Part shown: piece after piece, positions 47,092 through 55,748 of the stretch
Layout of the letters: every line of letters begins with the position of its first letter
Position numbering within the stretch: position 1 is the stretch's first letter
Virus record (IMG/VR): IMGVR_UViG_3300025133_000025
Length of the DNA stretch: 64,000 nt
From: a virus
Lineage: Duplodnaviria > Heunggongvirae > Uroviricota > Caudoviricetes
Strand: one strand, 5' to 3'
Translations under genes and position numbers: made by a program
Notes under the pieces: model-generated
The model's input: the letters and a program-made list of their open reading frames with translations, nothing else
What the model was told of the DNA's origin: nothing
The model's database searches: none

Positions 47092-47538
47092 TTATAGCTC
47101 CTGCATCCACTCTACTGCTTCAACCGAGTCAACATCATAAACGCAAATGTGCTTTACAATGTATCGATTCGCGATAGCATGGCCATCATATCCGTGACCC
47201 CAAAAACCAGAACGATCTGCTGTTACACTTGCAGCATCCATATCAATAGTCGCCAGCACCTCTTTTCCTGGAAGGGCATGGCCGGCGCGCTCTTTATAGC
47301 GGGCCTTAAGTTGCTTATGAACATCCTTCATGGCTTCCTTGGCATTCTTTTCACGGTCGTTGAGAAGATTTGCCAGACCCCAATCATCAAGCGCTTCAAT
47401 AGTGACGTATGTTAAAGTGTAACGAACACCTTCACCTTGATTAATCTGACCGGTCTGTACAGAGAATGCCCACTCATCTGGGTGCTTGACCTCAGAAGCT
47501 GCTTGGTGAATTGCTGAAATATTGAATTTCTTTGCCAT
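47092..47538 (-). CDS. Hypothetical protein
   Basis: Start MAKKFNI at 47538 after GGAGG. Confidence 0.6.
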   Translation of the reverse strand: MAKKFNISAIHQAASEVKHPDEWAFSVQTGQINQGEGVRYTLTYVTIEALDDWGLANLLNDREKNAKEAMKDVHKQLKARYKERAGHALPGKEVLATIDMDAASVTADRSGFWGHGYDGHAIANRYIVKHICVYDVDSVEAVEWMQEL

Positions 47539-47539
47539 C

Positions 47540-48010
47540 TTAGTTTCCTCCGGCGACGTTTCCGGCGCCTGCAAATGCATATGCTAGTCCGATTGAAGAA
47601 AGGACAGTTACAAAAACGCCGAGACTAAAGCCTATGCCGCCCTTGTTCCTTGCAAACCATGTGTTTGTTTTAGATAATTGGACTTCAAGAACGCCAATGT
47701 GCGCGTTCTTAACTTGCATGTCAACTTCCCAGCGGAGCCGCCAAGACTCTGCTTGGCTTGATGCAAGATCAAGATCAAGTTTGAGCTCTTTTTGTATAAA
47801 GAGCAAATCACGATAACTTGATTCAGATAGTAGAACACCCTGTAGCACAACAGTTACGCCTGTGTCAGGGTCTGTATGCTCATAATCAATCGCAAGTGGG
47901 TCAAAGTCTGACCTGAGCTCTACAGTTACTTCTGGTTCAATAGCAATTGCGGCCTGCATTGGAACTGCAAGCACTGCGATTGCAACCAGAAGTGCAATAA
48001 ATGAACGCAT
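47540..48010 (-). CDS. Membrane/exported protein (spanin-like or lysis accessory)
   Basis: Signal peptide, coiled coil, C-terminal TM helix. Confidence 0.45.
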   Translation of the reverse strand: MRSFIALLVAIAVLAVPMQAAIAIEPEVTVELRSDFDPLAIDYEHTDPDTGVTVVLQGVLLSESSYRDLLFIQKELKLDLDLASSQAESWRLRWEVDMQVKNAHIGVLEVQLSKTNTWFARNKGGIGFSLGVFVTVLSSIGLAYAFAGAGNVAGGN

Positions 48011-48327
48011 TAGAGTAGTTCTCTGTGCATCGCGATTAAGGCCTTTCGGCGGCGAAGTGAATCTGGCTCTGCATCAATTTCTGCGAGCTTCTCTTCAAGC
48101 ACCCTTTTGCCTTCGCTGTGCTTTGTTTCTGCTACAGCAATCCGAACCTCATGTTCTTTTGCATTGTCAGCAAGCTTCCCTTGCGCATCAATCGCAGCTA
48201 CAATCACAGCTTCAGATTTTTCTTTCGGCAAAATGATAGCAAGAATAAACCCTAGTAAAATAAGCAAAGTTACAACACCAGCGGCAATCTTCCAGCCCCA
48301 CTTCTTTAATTTACTCTTAAGGATCAT
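48010..48327 (-). CDS. Membrane-anchored coiled-coil protein (i-spanin-like)
   Basis: N-terminal TM (IAAGVVTLLILLGFILAIIL) then coiled coil; ATG at 48327 after GAGG. Confidence 0.45.
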   Translation of the reverse strand: MILKSKLKKWGWKIAAGVVTLLILLGFILAIILPKEKSEAVIVAAIDAQGKLADNAKEHEVRIAVAETKHSEGKRVLEEKLAEIDAEPDSLRRRKALIAMHRELL

Positions 48328-48598
48328 CAATAATTTCCTCATCATCGTTTGATTTAAATTTTGCAGCAATGGTTCCAATAATTGATGGTTTCCCCTTATA
48401 AGCTTTTACAGCATCAATCACGCCAACTGTTCCAATATACATCATTGTTACATCTCTAAACACATCTACAAGACGATCTTGAACATCCCATCCAAAAATT
48501 GCAAAAAGAAGTAGCAAGACGAGCGTGACAATCCACGCCATTAATTTTCTTGAAATGATTTTTTCAAGAATTGTATCAATTGCACCTTGCATTCTCAT
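48317..48598 (-). CDS. Holin-like small membrane protein
   Basis: SRKL motif, two hydrophobic segments, charged C-terminus. Confidence 0.5.
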   Translation of the reverse strand: MRMQGAIDTILEKIISRKLMAWIVTLVLLLLFAIFGWDVQDRLVDVFRDVTMMYIGTVGVIDAVKAYKGKPSIIGTIAAKFKSNDDEEIIDDP

Positions 48599-48599
48599 A

Positions 48600-49004
48600 T
48601 TATTCCTCGCCTTCTGGCTCCTCTTGCTTGCTTGGGCTTTCCCTCTTTTTAAGAGTCTCAATTACACGAAGCACATGCAAATACAATTGTTCTGGTGACG
48701 CCTTTCCTTGATCAACAAGCGAAATAAGCTGCGCAATTACCTCAAGCAACTTTCGCCAGCCAGCGTCTGATAATTGGCCGATATTTTCATGGTATACCTT
48801 AGCAAGGGCGCGCCCAACCATTTCAAAGTCTCTTGTCTTTCCAACCTTGAAAATTGCTGATAGCTTATCAACAGTTCCTTCATACAGGGGCCCTTGCTTA
48901 GACGTTTTTTCATCTATACGCTTGAATTCATAGATGAGGCGCGCCTCACGCATTGCTGGGCGAATCATTGCATCGAGTTGTTCAGTCGTTAATTGTCGTG
49001 GCAT
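48600..49004 (-). CDS. Hypothetical protein
   Basis: Start MPRQLTTEQL at 49004 after GGAG. Confidence 0.55.
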   Translation of the reverse strand: MPRQLTTEQLDAMIRPAMREARLIYEFKRIDEKTSKQGPLYEGTVDKLSAIFKVGKTRDFEMVGRALAKVYHENIGQLSDAGWRKLLEVIAQLISLVDQGKASPEQLYLHVLRVIETLKKRESPSKQEEPEGEE

Positions 49005-52000
49005 CTGGTTCTCCAATGTATTCAATACTTGATGCACCATTATCGTCAATGATGATCTCTAAAGTAGTATCAACCATATCTTTTAAAAGGTCAATATGTG
49101 AAACTATGATAACTACGTCAAAAACCTTCTTTAGATAGGTAAACATGTTCTGAATGGAATCAATCTTTTCTGGATCAAGTGAGCCGAAACCCTCATCAAT
49201 CACAAACATATTGGTCTTGGGGAGATTTGTTACGTTAATCATGGCCACCCGCATGGCGATTGACGAAATAAACTTCTCTGCCCCGCCAGCTAACTCAATT
49301 GGTCGCCTGCCCTTTTTCTCATCATGGATGTAGATATCAACTTTCTTATCGTCAGTGTCGGGTTCCAGTGTTATCGTGAAGTTAACAATTGATGACAGAA
49401 TCGCGTTGATTTCGTTGTTGAGAAGCGGAAGACGCTGCTTCATGACGAAGTAGCTCACGCCGTTCTTTGACATTGCGTCAATGTAATACTCTAGAGCTGT
49501 GTAATCTGCCTTTAGTTTCTCAATCTCTGCCTTCTGGTCCTTTTTTCTAGCCCTATCAATAGCAACAGCATCAATGCGTGAAGACACCTGGCGTTGGGCG
49601 CTAACAATTGCATTATTGATATATGCTTGTGCTCCATGAAGTTCATCTTGAAGTTCATCAAGTTGCTTATCAAGTTGCTTATTTTCCTCAATTGCTTCGC
49701 GTGCGTTTAAGATTGCAGCAACCTTGATATTCTTCAAGCGAATTGCAGCACGTACACCCTTCTTTTTTGCCATAGCAGTGTCAATAAGCAGTTTCAAGTG
49801 TTCAAAGCGCGCCTGCTTATCAAGTTCAAGCTCTGCCTTACCAATTGACGCTGTTAGTGACTCTGCATCATCAAATGCTGCAATCGCAGAATTGATAGAA
49901 ACCAACTCTTGTTTGGCGCTAAATGCATCAGCAATGAAGCGACAATCAGGAAACTTGTCACCACATGGAACACTCTCAAGAAGTGCAGCTCGCTGCGTGA
50001 GGTGTCCAGCTTCACGAATTGTATCACGTTGATTTATAAGCTGTTTTCTACTTTCTTCAATGGTTTTTCGCAGCTTATCAGAATCTTTGCCGGCAACGTA
50101 ACGTAAGCTATTTCTCTCTTCACGCAGCTCTACTAAATGATCGTCAAACGCACCCAGAGAATCTTCCAATTCAGCAATTTCGCCGTTCAGAGAGTCTTCA
50201 CTTACACCAATTAGCGTAGGATCAATAGGCGTGATCTGCCTATTAAGCTCAGCAATTTGCTCTTGATGTCCAGCAATTGCAGCTTCATAGCTCTCTTTCT
50301 CAGAATCAAGGCCACGGAGCTGCTTTCGAAGGTCTCGTGTTTGCGTCGTGCATGCATGCATGAGCTCGTCGTACTCTTCAGGAGTCTTATAGCTACGCAT
50401 GTCACGCTTGATTTCACTCATGTCATCTTTGGCCTTCACATACTTCTGCTTGAAGCGGTCGAGGTCCATAAAGCGACTGATTACCTGCTTTCGCTCTGTT
50501 GCACCCTTCTCAATGAATGACAGCATTCCAAATTGTGAAGAGAGCATTGTGAGTAGAAGATCATCAATCATTCCAAACTGTGTGCGAATAGCCTTTTCTG
50601 TGTCATTTCGCTGCAAACCAGTCATATCAAGACCATCTACAGAGTATTCAAGACTAGTCTTTCCCCACTCATTTGGGCGGCCGGGATTGAGGCGCTCTGT
50701 CCAGCGCTTAACAACATGGTCAACACCGTTTACATCAAGCGTAAGTTCACCAACACACTCATTTTGCCCTGTTCGTATGATGTCTATATTCTTAACAGAA
50801 GCTTTTGAGATACTGTTGGTGAGTGTATAGAGAATAGATTCAAGGAAGTTTGACTTGCCTGAACCGTTTGCCGCAAATAGCCCAACAAGGCCTCGCAGGC
50901 GCCCAAAGTCAATCTCATTCTCAGGCCCGTAGTTGAGTGTATCAGAAAACTTAAAGTTCTTGATTCGCCACTTCACGCCGCGGGCCGTCACAGTTCCGTC
51001 ATCCTTCAATGCACCATCGTATTTTGCATTAAAAGCAAGGATTTGAGCCAGTAGAGCTGGTTCGAGTGTACCATATCGCTCCTCAAGGTATGTCTTGATT
51101 AGAGCATCCTGGTTGTCAATCTCGTAAAACTTTTCGTGAAGCTCTTCACTCGCAGATACTTCAGTCGGTCTGCGCTTGACAGTGAAAACAAGCTCTCGTA
51201 GGTGCTTTTCATTGAGCTCATCACGGATACCCTGTTTCACATCACTCATGATGGAGGCGCCGTCGACAAGCCTGAGTCGTGCTCCTGTGGGAACATCGTC
51301 AGGATCAAAATCAGCGAGCTCTACTGTCATATATGGGTTCGGCGCTTCCAATTCTCGGAACTGGATGTCAAATTTATCAGCAGAATCGATGTCCCAAATG
51401 AGATAACCCTTGTCAGCAGTTTCACCGTAGTTCTGCTGGATAAGACTGCCCGCATATCGAATGCGGCCGTCCCTATCAAGTACCTGACGCTTGTGAATAT
51501 CACCCAACATTGCGTAGCTATAGCCGTCGAAAATGTTTACTTGGTCGGTGTTACCACGCATCACCCAACCGATGTCTGTTGTTGAATTTGTTATGCCACC
51601 GTGATAGAGGGCGATCATCACGGGCGCCTGCTCAAGACCATTCTTTTCAGGCTCAAGTGGCCAATTATCTTCATCAAAGCATGAATATGCGCCATAAGCA
51701 AAGTCGTCGCTAATCCTATAGATGCCTGACTTCTTATAGTAATTGATGTTATGGGCCGGTTGCATGGCATTGACAACATCAATCACAGGTGTCAGCGCAT
51801 CTTGACGTGTGCTATTCCGGAGATTGCCGTCATGGTTGCCAGGTAGTAAATCAATCGGCGCTATCATTGCTAACTGATGGAAGAAGTCGACAGTTAGTGA
51901 AAAGTACTCAGGTGATAACTGCGTCTTTGTGTGAGCAACATCACCTGTGCATACAATTCTATCAATATTTTCACTACGAAGTGACTCGTACAGCTTATCA

Positions 52001-52071
52001 AAAACAATACGGTACTCATCATGTCGCTTCACATTACGAATGTGAATGTCAGAAACGTGGGCAAATCTCAT
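48982..52071 (-). CDS. SbcD-SbcC (Mre11-Rad50, T4 gp47-gp46) fusion nuclease/ATPase
   Basis: SDIHIR, GDVAH, GNHD, LGDIHKRQ, YAGSLIQQ; ANGSGKS Walker A; coiled coil with CGDKFPDC hook; LAGGAEK signature; FVIDEGFGSLD. ATG at 52071 overlaps the primase stop. Confidence 0.92.
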   Translation of the reverse strand: MRFAHVSDIHIRNVKRHDEYRIVFDKLYESLRSENIDRIVCTGDVAHTKTQLSPEYFSLTVDFFHQLAMIAPIDLLPGNHDGNLRNSTRQDALTPVIDVVNAMQPAHNINYYKKSGIYRISDDFAYGAYSCFDEDNWPLEPEKNGLEQAPVMIALYHGGITNSTTDIGWVMRGNTDQVNIFDGYSYAMLGDIHKRQVLDRDGRIRYAGSLIQQNYGETADKGYLIWDIDSADKFDIQFRELEAPNPYMTVELADFDPDDVPTGARLRLVDGASIMSDVKQGIRDELNEKHLRELVFTVKRRPTEVSASEELHEKFYEIDNQDALIKTYLEERYGTLEPALLAQILAFNAKYDGALKDDGTVTARGVKWRIKNFKFSDTLNYGPENEIDFGRLRGLVGLFAANGSGKSNFLESILYTLTNSISKASVKNIDIIRTGQNECVGELTLDVNGVDHVVKRWTERLNPGRPNEWGKTSLEYSVDGLDMTGLQRNDTEKAIRTQFGMIDDLLLTMLSSQFGMLSFIEKGATERKQVISRFMDLDRFKQKYVKAKDDMSEIKRDMRSYKTPEEYDELMHACTTQTRDLRKQLRGLDSEKESYEAAIAGHQEQIAELNRQITPIDPTLIGVSEDSLNGEIAELEDSLGAFDDHLVELREERNSLRYVAGKDSDKLRKTIEESRKQLINQRDTIREAGHLTQRAALLESVPCGDKFPDCRFIADAFSAKQELVSINSAIAAFDDAESLTASIGKAELELDKQARFEHLKLLIDTAMAKKKGVRAAIRLKNIKVAAILNAREAIEENKQLDKQLDELQDELHGAQAYINNAIVSAQRQVSSRIDAVAIDRARKKDQKAEIEKLKADYTALEYYIDAMSKNGVSYFVMKQRLPLLNNEINAILSSIVNFTITLEPDTDDKKVDIYIHDEKKGRRPIELAGGAEKFISSIAMRVAMINVTNLPKTNMFVIDEGFGSLDPEKIDSIQNMFTYLKKVFDVVIIVSHIDLLKDMVDTTLEIIIDDNGASSIEYIGEPDATTIND

Positions 52072-53042
52072 AGGGTAAGCATCATTTCTTTCATAGACGA
52101 CCATTCATCATGAACTGTAAAATTGAGGTCGCTAATTTGCTCTTTTGTCATTTCACCAAGGTCGTTGACACTCTTCGGTATATGAGCCCGTGATACTGTA
52201 AAGCCGTCGCGAATCAGCATGTCAGCAATGCGTAGTTCTTTTGTTGCGGCATCATTATCAAGTGCTAATCTGACATTTTTGATGCTGCTTGTCTTCAATT
52301 TTCGGTATAGCGCAGTATATGCTCTAGTATTCATATGGCTATACGTTTTCCTAAACGTCGAGCCAAAGAGGGGAACAACATTACCGCCAATCATCAGTGC
52401 GTCAAAGATACCCTCTACAAATGTAATATTGTCAGCACCCCAATCGATGCCACCCTCGTTGAAAACAATGCCATATTTCTCTGTCTCCGCCAGTGTATAG
52501 CGACCAGTCAACATGCTCTTCATTATGAAGAAGTTGAGGCGGCCCTTGCTGTTGTACGACGGAAATACAATTGCGCCTCTTGATGGACCAAGATTGCAAT
52601 ACCCAATTCGACGTTGCAGGATTTGAGGAGTTGTGACACCTCGCTGTGCAAGGTACTCGAGGGCTCTGGCATTTGGTCGAACTGTGAGAGGCTTGTAACT
52701 ATAGGGTAGTTCGACAGTGACGTGCTCAGCTGCTTTAGCTGCATCACGAAGTAGTTTTTCAAAGTCATTAAGGTCAACGATGCCTACAAGTTTATTATAT
52801 TGTGCTCTGTGTGATGATGTTCCGTAGTCATAAAGAAGCCGTGTAATCTTTCCACTATACGCACAAACCCAGCAGTGAAAGTTATCTTTCTCGATGTTAA
52901 CAGAGAGCTTCTTTTTGCCTTTGCGAGCCGAATCACAATCCGAGCGGGGGCAGGCAAACGAGATTTCGTCCAGTCGATATTCGTAGCAGGTGCCAAAAAT
53001 ATCCTCGAGGAGTTCTAGCTTCGCGATGCGAACATTATGCAT
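52068..53042 (-). CDS. DNA primase (Zn finger + TOPRIM)
   Basis: CPRSDC...FHCWVC; FVEGIFDAL; LALDNDA. Confidence 0.88.
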   Translation of the reverse strand: MHNVRIAKLELLEDIFGTCYEYRLDEISFACPRSDCDSARKGKKKLSVNIEKDNFHCWVCAYSGKITRLLYDYGTSSHRAQYNKLVGIVDLNDFEKLLRDAAKAAEHVTVELPYSYKPLTVRPNARALEYLAQRGVTTPQILQRRIGYCNLGPSRGAIVFPSYNSKGRLNFFIMKSMLTGRYTLAETEKYGIVFNEGGIDWGADNITFVEGIFDALMIGGNVVPLFGSTFRKTYSHMNTRAYTALYRKLKTSSIKNVRLALDNDAATKELRIADMLIRDGFTVSRAHIPKSVNDLGEMTKEQISDLNFTVHDEWSSMKEMMLTL

Positions 53043-53591
53043 TCAGCAGAGTGCTAGGGCAAACTTTGCAATGACATATGCATCAGTCATATCGTAAGTC
53101 CCACCTTTTACATTGCCGGACCGGGTGTATTCCCACTCCATAGGATAATTGTACATCTCAATATCCTTCATTGTAAACAGGCGGCCAGCTTCTTTGATAT
53201 GAATCCCTGCTTTTTTATCTTTCACAATGCCAAATTGGCGACGAGCTTCATTCTCTTTGATTGTTAGCAATTCAATGCCATAACTTTCCCAGAGCGCTTG
53301 TGAAAGCATTCCGTGGAACATCCAAAGAAGTGTGATTGTATTGATACTGCCGAAGCCTGTGCGCTTCAGAGGGACCGCTGTGTAGAACTTGACGGGTTCT
53401 GTATCGCCGGGGCGCGCATCTCGAATGAGATCGTCGATCTTCTCTGTGATAGCGCTGATCTTGCCGAACAGCGTCTTGTGCTTCCCTAGCTTGATGAATC
53501 CCATGCCGACGAGTTCATCGCCTTCAGTGAATCTGCGAAAGACAGTGTAGCCAGTACAGGATGTACTGACGTCGAGTCCGATGAGTAGCAT
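53043..53591 (-). CDS. RuvC-like Holliday junction resolvase
   Basis: LIGLDVSTSCTG first-strand motif; DMTDAYVIA terminal motif. Confidence 0.8.
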   Translation of the reverse strand: MLLIGLDVSTSCTGYTVFRRFTEGDELVGMGFIKLGKHKTLFGKISAITEKIDDLIRDARPGDTEPVKFYTAVPLKRTGFGSINTITLLWMFHGMLSQALWESYGIELLTIKENEARRQFGIVKDKKAGIHIKEAGRLFTMKDIEMYNYPMEWEYTRSGNVKGGTYDMTDAYVIAKFALALC

Positions 53592-54377
53592 TTCATTCTC
53601 ACTTTCACTTTAATAAAGGCCGCGTGACTTATAGGGATACACAGTTGGCATGACCCAGTAATCGTAGTCAATGAAAACCAGCTCCTTTGTCCGTGGGCGC
53701 TTCATTACATTCCCGGGACTCACGTCAGCCCAGAACAGACTAGACGCCTCAAGGAAATCTACCATGGTCTGCAACGTGCCTGCTTTGGCACGCAGCTTTT
53801 CAATCTTATCTAGACGATCTTGGTGCGGTAGAGGGTCATTCCAATTCGACGGCCCAGTGTAGCTAAGAACTTCTGTATCATCGTCAAGCAACCCAAAAAG
53901 AAAAGCAACCTCTTTCTGCTCGGCAGAATTTAACGGCTCAAGAAATTCAGCTACAACACACGGTGTCATGTGATCGCCAAAGCCAATTGGCAAAAAGAAG
54001 ACTCGATAGAACTGGATGAGGTGCTTGCTCAAATTGCTTGGCAGCGCTCCCTTAAGCCTTTTATACTCAGCAATCTCTCTCTTGATCGTGTCAAGCTCAA
54101 GCCGATACGCATAGTGAGTTTTGATTGCAACCTGCCGGCCCTGCTGGTCAGTCGCTGACCAAACAGTTCCGTGAAATCCGTCACCTACTTCTACAGCACC
54201 AACATATCCCTCCTGCGCCAGTGCCTCTACAACATCTGCCTTGGACACGTTGTCTGTATAATCAGACTCAAGTAAATACGACATTGTGGGGAACATTAGA
54301 TGTCGTGCCTCAGCTTGAAAAGCACTGAAGCCAGTACAGGAAGTACTGACGTCGAGTCCGATGAGTAGCATTGCATT
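53549..54377. repeat. 49-bp direct repeat of the ruvC 5' end (53549-53597 and 54329-54377) flanking the kinase gene
   Basis: AGCCAGTACAGGA(T/A)GTACTGACGTCGAGTCCGATGAGTAGCATT(T/G)CATT; 2 mismatches; 780 bp apart. Confidence 0.92.
53610..54296 (-). CDS. Leader-bearing protein kinase-like protein
   Basis: Probable ATG 54296 (MFPTMSYLLE). VGDGFHGTVW Gly-loop, VAIK, helix-C E, VVAEFL hinge, WADVSPGNVM catalytic loop, FIDYD. The frame also extends upstream into the ruvC duplicate. Confidence 0.75.
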   Translation of the reverse strand: MFPTMSYLLESDYTDNVSKADVVEALAQEGYVGAVEVGDGFHGTVWSATDQQGRQVAIKTHYAYRLELDTIKREIAEYKRLKGALPSNLSKHLIQFYRVFFLPIGFGDHMTPCVVAEFLEPLNSAEQKEVAFLFGLLDDDTEVLSYTGPSNWNDPLPHQDRLDKIEKLRAKAGTLQTMVDFLEASSLFWADVSPGNVMKRPRTKELVFIDYDYWVMPTVYPYKSRGLY

Positions 54378-54483
54378 AATCTCTTTCACCTTTGACAGTT
54401 ATAACTTCAGCAGGGATTGGCTGTGTAGGCTTTTGCTGGCTTGATTGCGCTTCGCTTAACAGTTGGCTGACAGTTGGAAACAT
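54376..54483 (-). CDS. Leader-bearing micro-ORF (35 aa)
   Basis: Hand translation MFPTVSQLLSEAQSSQQKPTQPIPAEVITVKGERD*; SD GAGGG upstream. Confidence 0.6.
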   Translation of the reverse strand: MFPTVSQLLSEAQSSQQKPTQPIPAEVITVKGERD

Positions 54484-54498
54484 CAGGCCGCCCTCTTT

Positions 54499-54909
54499 CT
54501 AATTACCCATGAAATCATCATCATCATGTTGTGGCCAGAAGCCAGGAAGCTCAGCACCTCGGCCCCAATCAGGATCTTGCAGCGTTGCTGCAACCTTCTT
54601 GGCCCAGCGCAGCTTTGGAATTTTGTCATAAATGCCAGTAGTCCCAGAGTGACCAGTCCACTCAGTGTCAACAACAGATTTAACCTTGGGGTCCTTCATG
54701 ATGTCAATCATGAGATTGCCAATCCATTCCTCTTGCCACTCATCTGTTCCATGCGCAGCTTTGATTTCCCAGTGGTCAGGAACATCACGTTCACCAACAT
54801 CGTATCCGCCTGGGCCAGCTGCAGACACACCGTAGCTGCCATAGTCAATCGTCACTGTGCTGTTTGCATCAGCACTTTCTAGTAAAAATTTCATCGTTGG
54901 ATATTTCAT
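54499..54909 (-). CDS. Leader-bearing hypothetical protein
   Basis: MKYPTMKFLLE; SD AGGAG. Confidence 0.7.
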   Translation of the reverse strand: MKYPTMKFLLESADANSTVTIDYGSYGVSAAGPGGYDVGERDVPDHWEIKAAHGTDEWQEEWIGNLMIDIMKDPKVKSVVDTEWTGHSGTTGIYDKIPKLRWAKKVAATLQDPDWGRGAELPGFWPQHDDDDFMGN

Positions 54910-54920
54910 CTTGTCACTCC

Positions 54921-55748
54921 TTAAGCACCATCTTTAGCTGGCGCTGTTATGTTGATCATGTTATAAAGATTTTCGCGGACCTCGTCGACTGCCGCTTCGT
55001 CAGTTACTTTATAAAGCTTTAAAAGGCCTGGCCTGGTTCGCCAGCTAGGGTCGGCTGCGGCCTGCAGCACCCTGAAGTCGGCTTCACTGAAGTTGGATTT
55101 AGCCTCACGTGCGTCCGTGACTGCTGCTGCTGGAATTCCAAAATACTCTGCAATTTGATTATCAGATTTCAGTCCCACACTTTCAAGCAATTCAAAGGCA
55201 AGCCACGGGCCAGGGCCCGAGCTGTTCTTTTTAGCAAATTCAACCATTGGCTTAAGAGCCTCGCGGAGGAATCTCACATCATAGTCAGCCAATCCAGCCT
55301 TTCTTCTGGCGATATGCGTAGGCATGTTAAAATCAACAACGCTGGCATCCCGGAGCCAAATAGGAATAACTTTAAATGCCTGCTGCCTGGCAACACTTCT
55401 TTCTTTCTTTGCGGCGGAATCGCGAAGCTTTCGTTTAAATGCAGAGATCTCTTTTGGCCTTAAAGCACGAAGTTCTACTACAGCTAGGGCAGAAACATGC
55501 CACTTCTCTGCAAGCTTTTCATGGCTAACAGCAGGATCAGCAACGGCAGGATCAGTCTGCAGTGTATATGTCCTCTTAAGGAAGGGATGCCTGCCGGGTG
55601 TCTTGTATTGTGTAATACCCAGCTTATTCTTCGCGTAGGCAATTGCTAAAGGTGACACATTATACTTTACAGCAAGCCTGCGTAGCCGAGCAGCCCCAGA
55701 ACCGTGGGCAAGATCAGCTTCATTATCCCAGTGTGCATTCTTTTTCAT
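54921..55748 (-). CDS. HTH-repeat hypothetical protein
   Basis: LAVKYNVSPLAIAYAK, DPAVSHEKLAEKWHVS, SDNQIAEYFGIPAAAV resemble the repeats of 42231..43364. Confidence 0.6.
   Translation of the reverse strand: MKKNAHWDNEADLAHGSGAARLRRLAVKYNVSPLAIAYAKNKLGITQYKTPGRHPFLKRTYTLQTDPAVADPAVSHEKLAEKWHVSALAVVELRALRPKEISAFKRKLRDSAAKKERSVARQQAFKVIPIWLRDASVVDFNMPTHIARRKAGLADYDVRFLREALKPMVEFAKKNSSGPGPWLAFELLESVGLKSDNQIAEYFGIPAAAVTDAREAKSNFSEADFRVLQAAADPSWRTRPGLLKLYKVTDEAAVDEVRENLYNMINITAPAKDGA

Noticed and set aside
53610-54389. Track ORF as a functional RuvC-kinase fusion starting MKEINAMLLIGLDV
   Set aside because: Only 14 RuvC residues are present, they correspond to the 49-bp duplication, and a better start with SD and leader lies at 54296.
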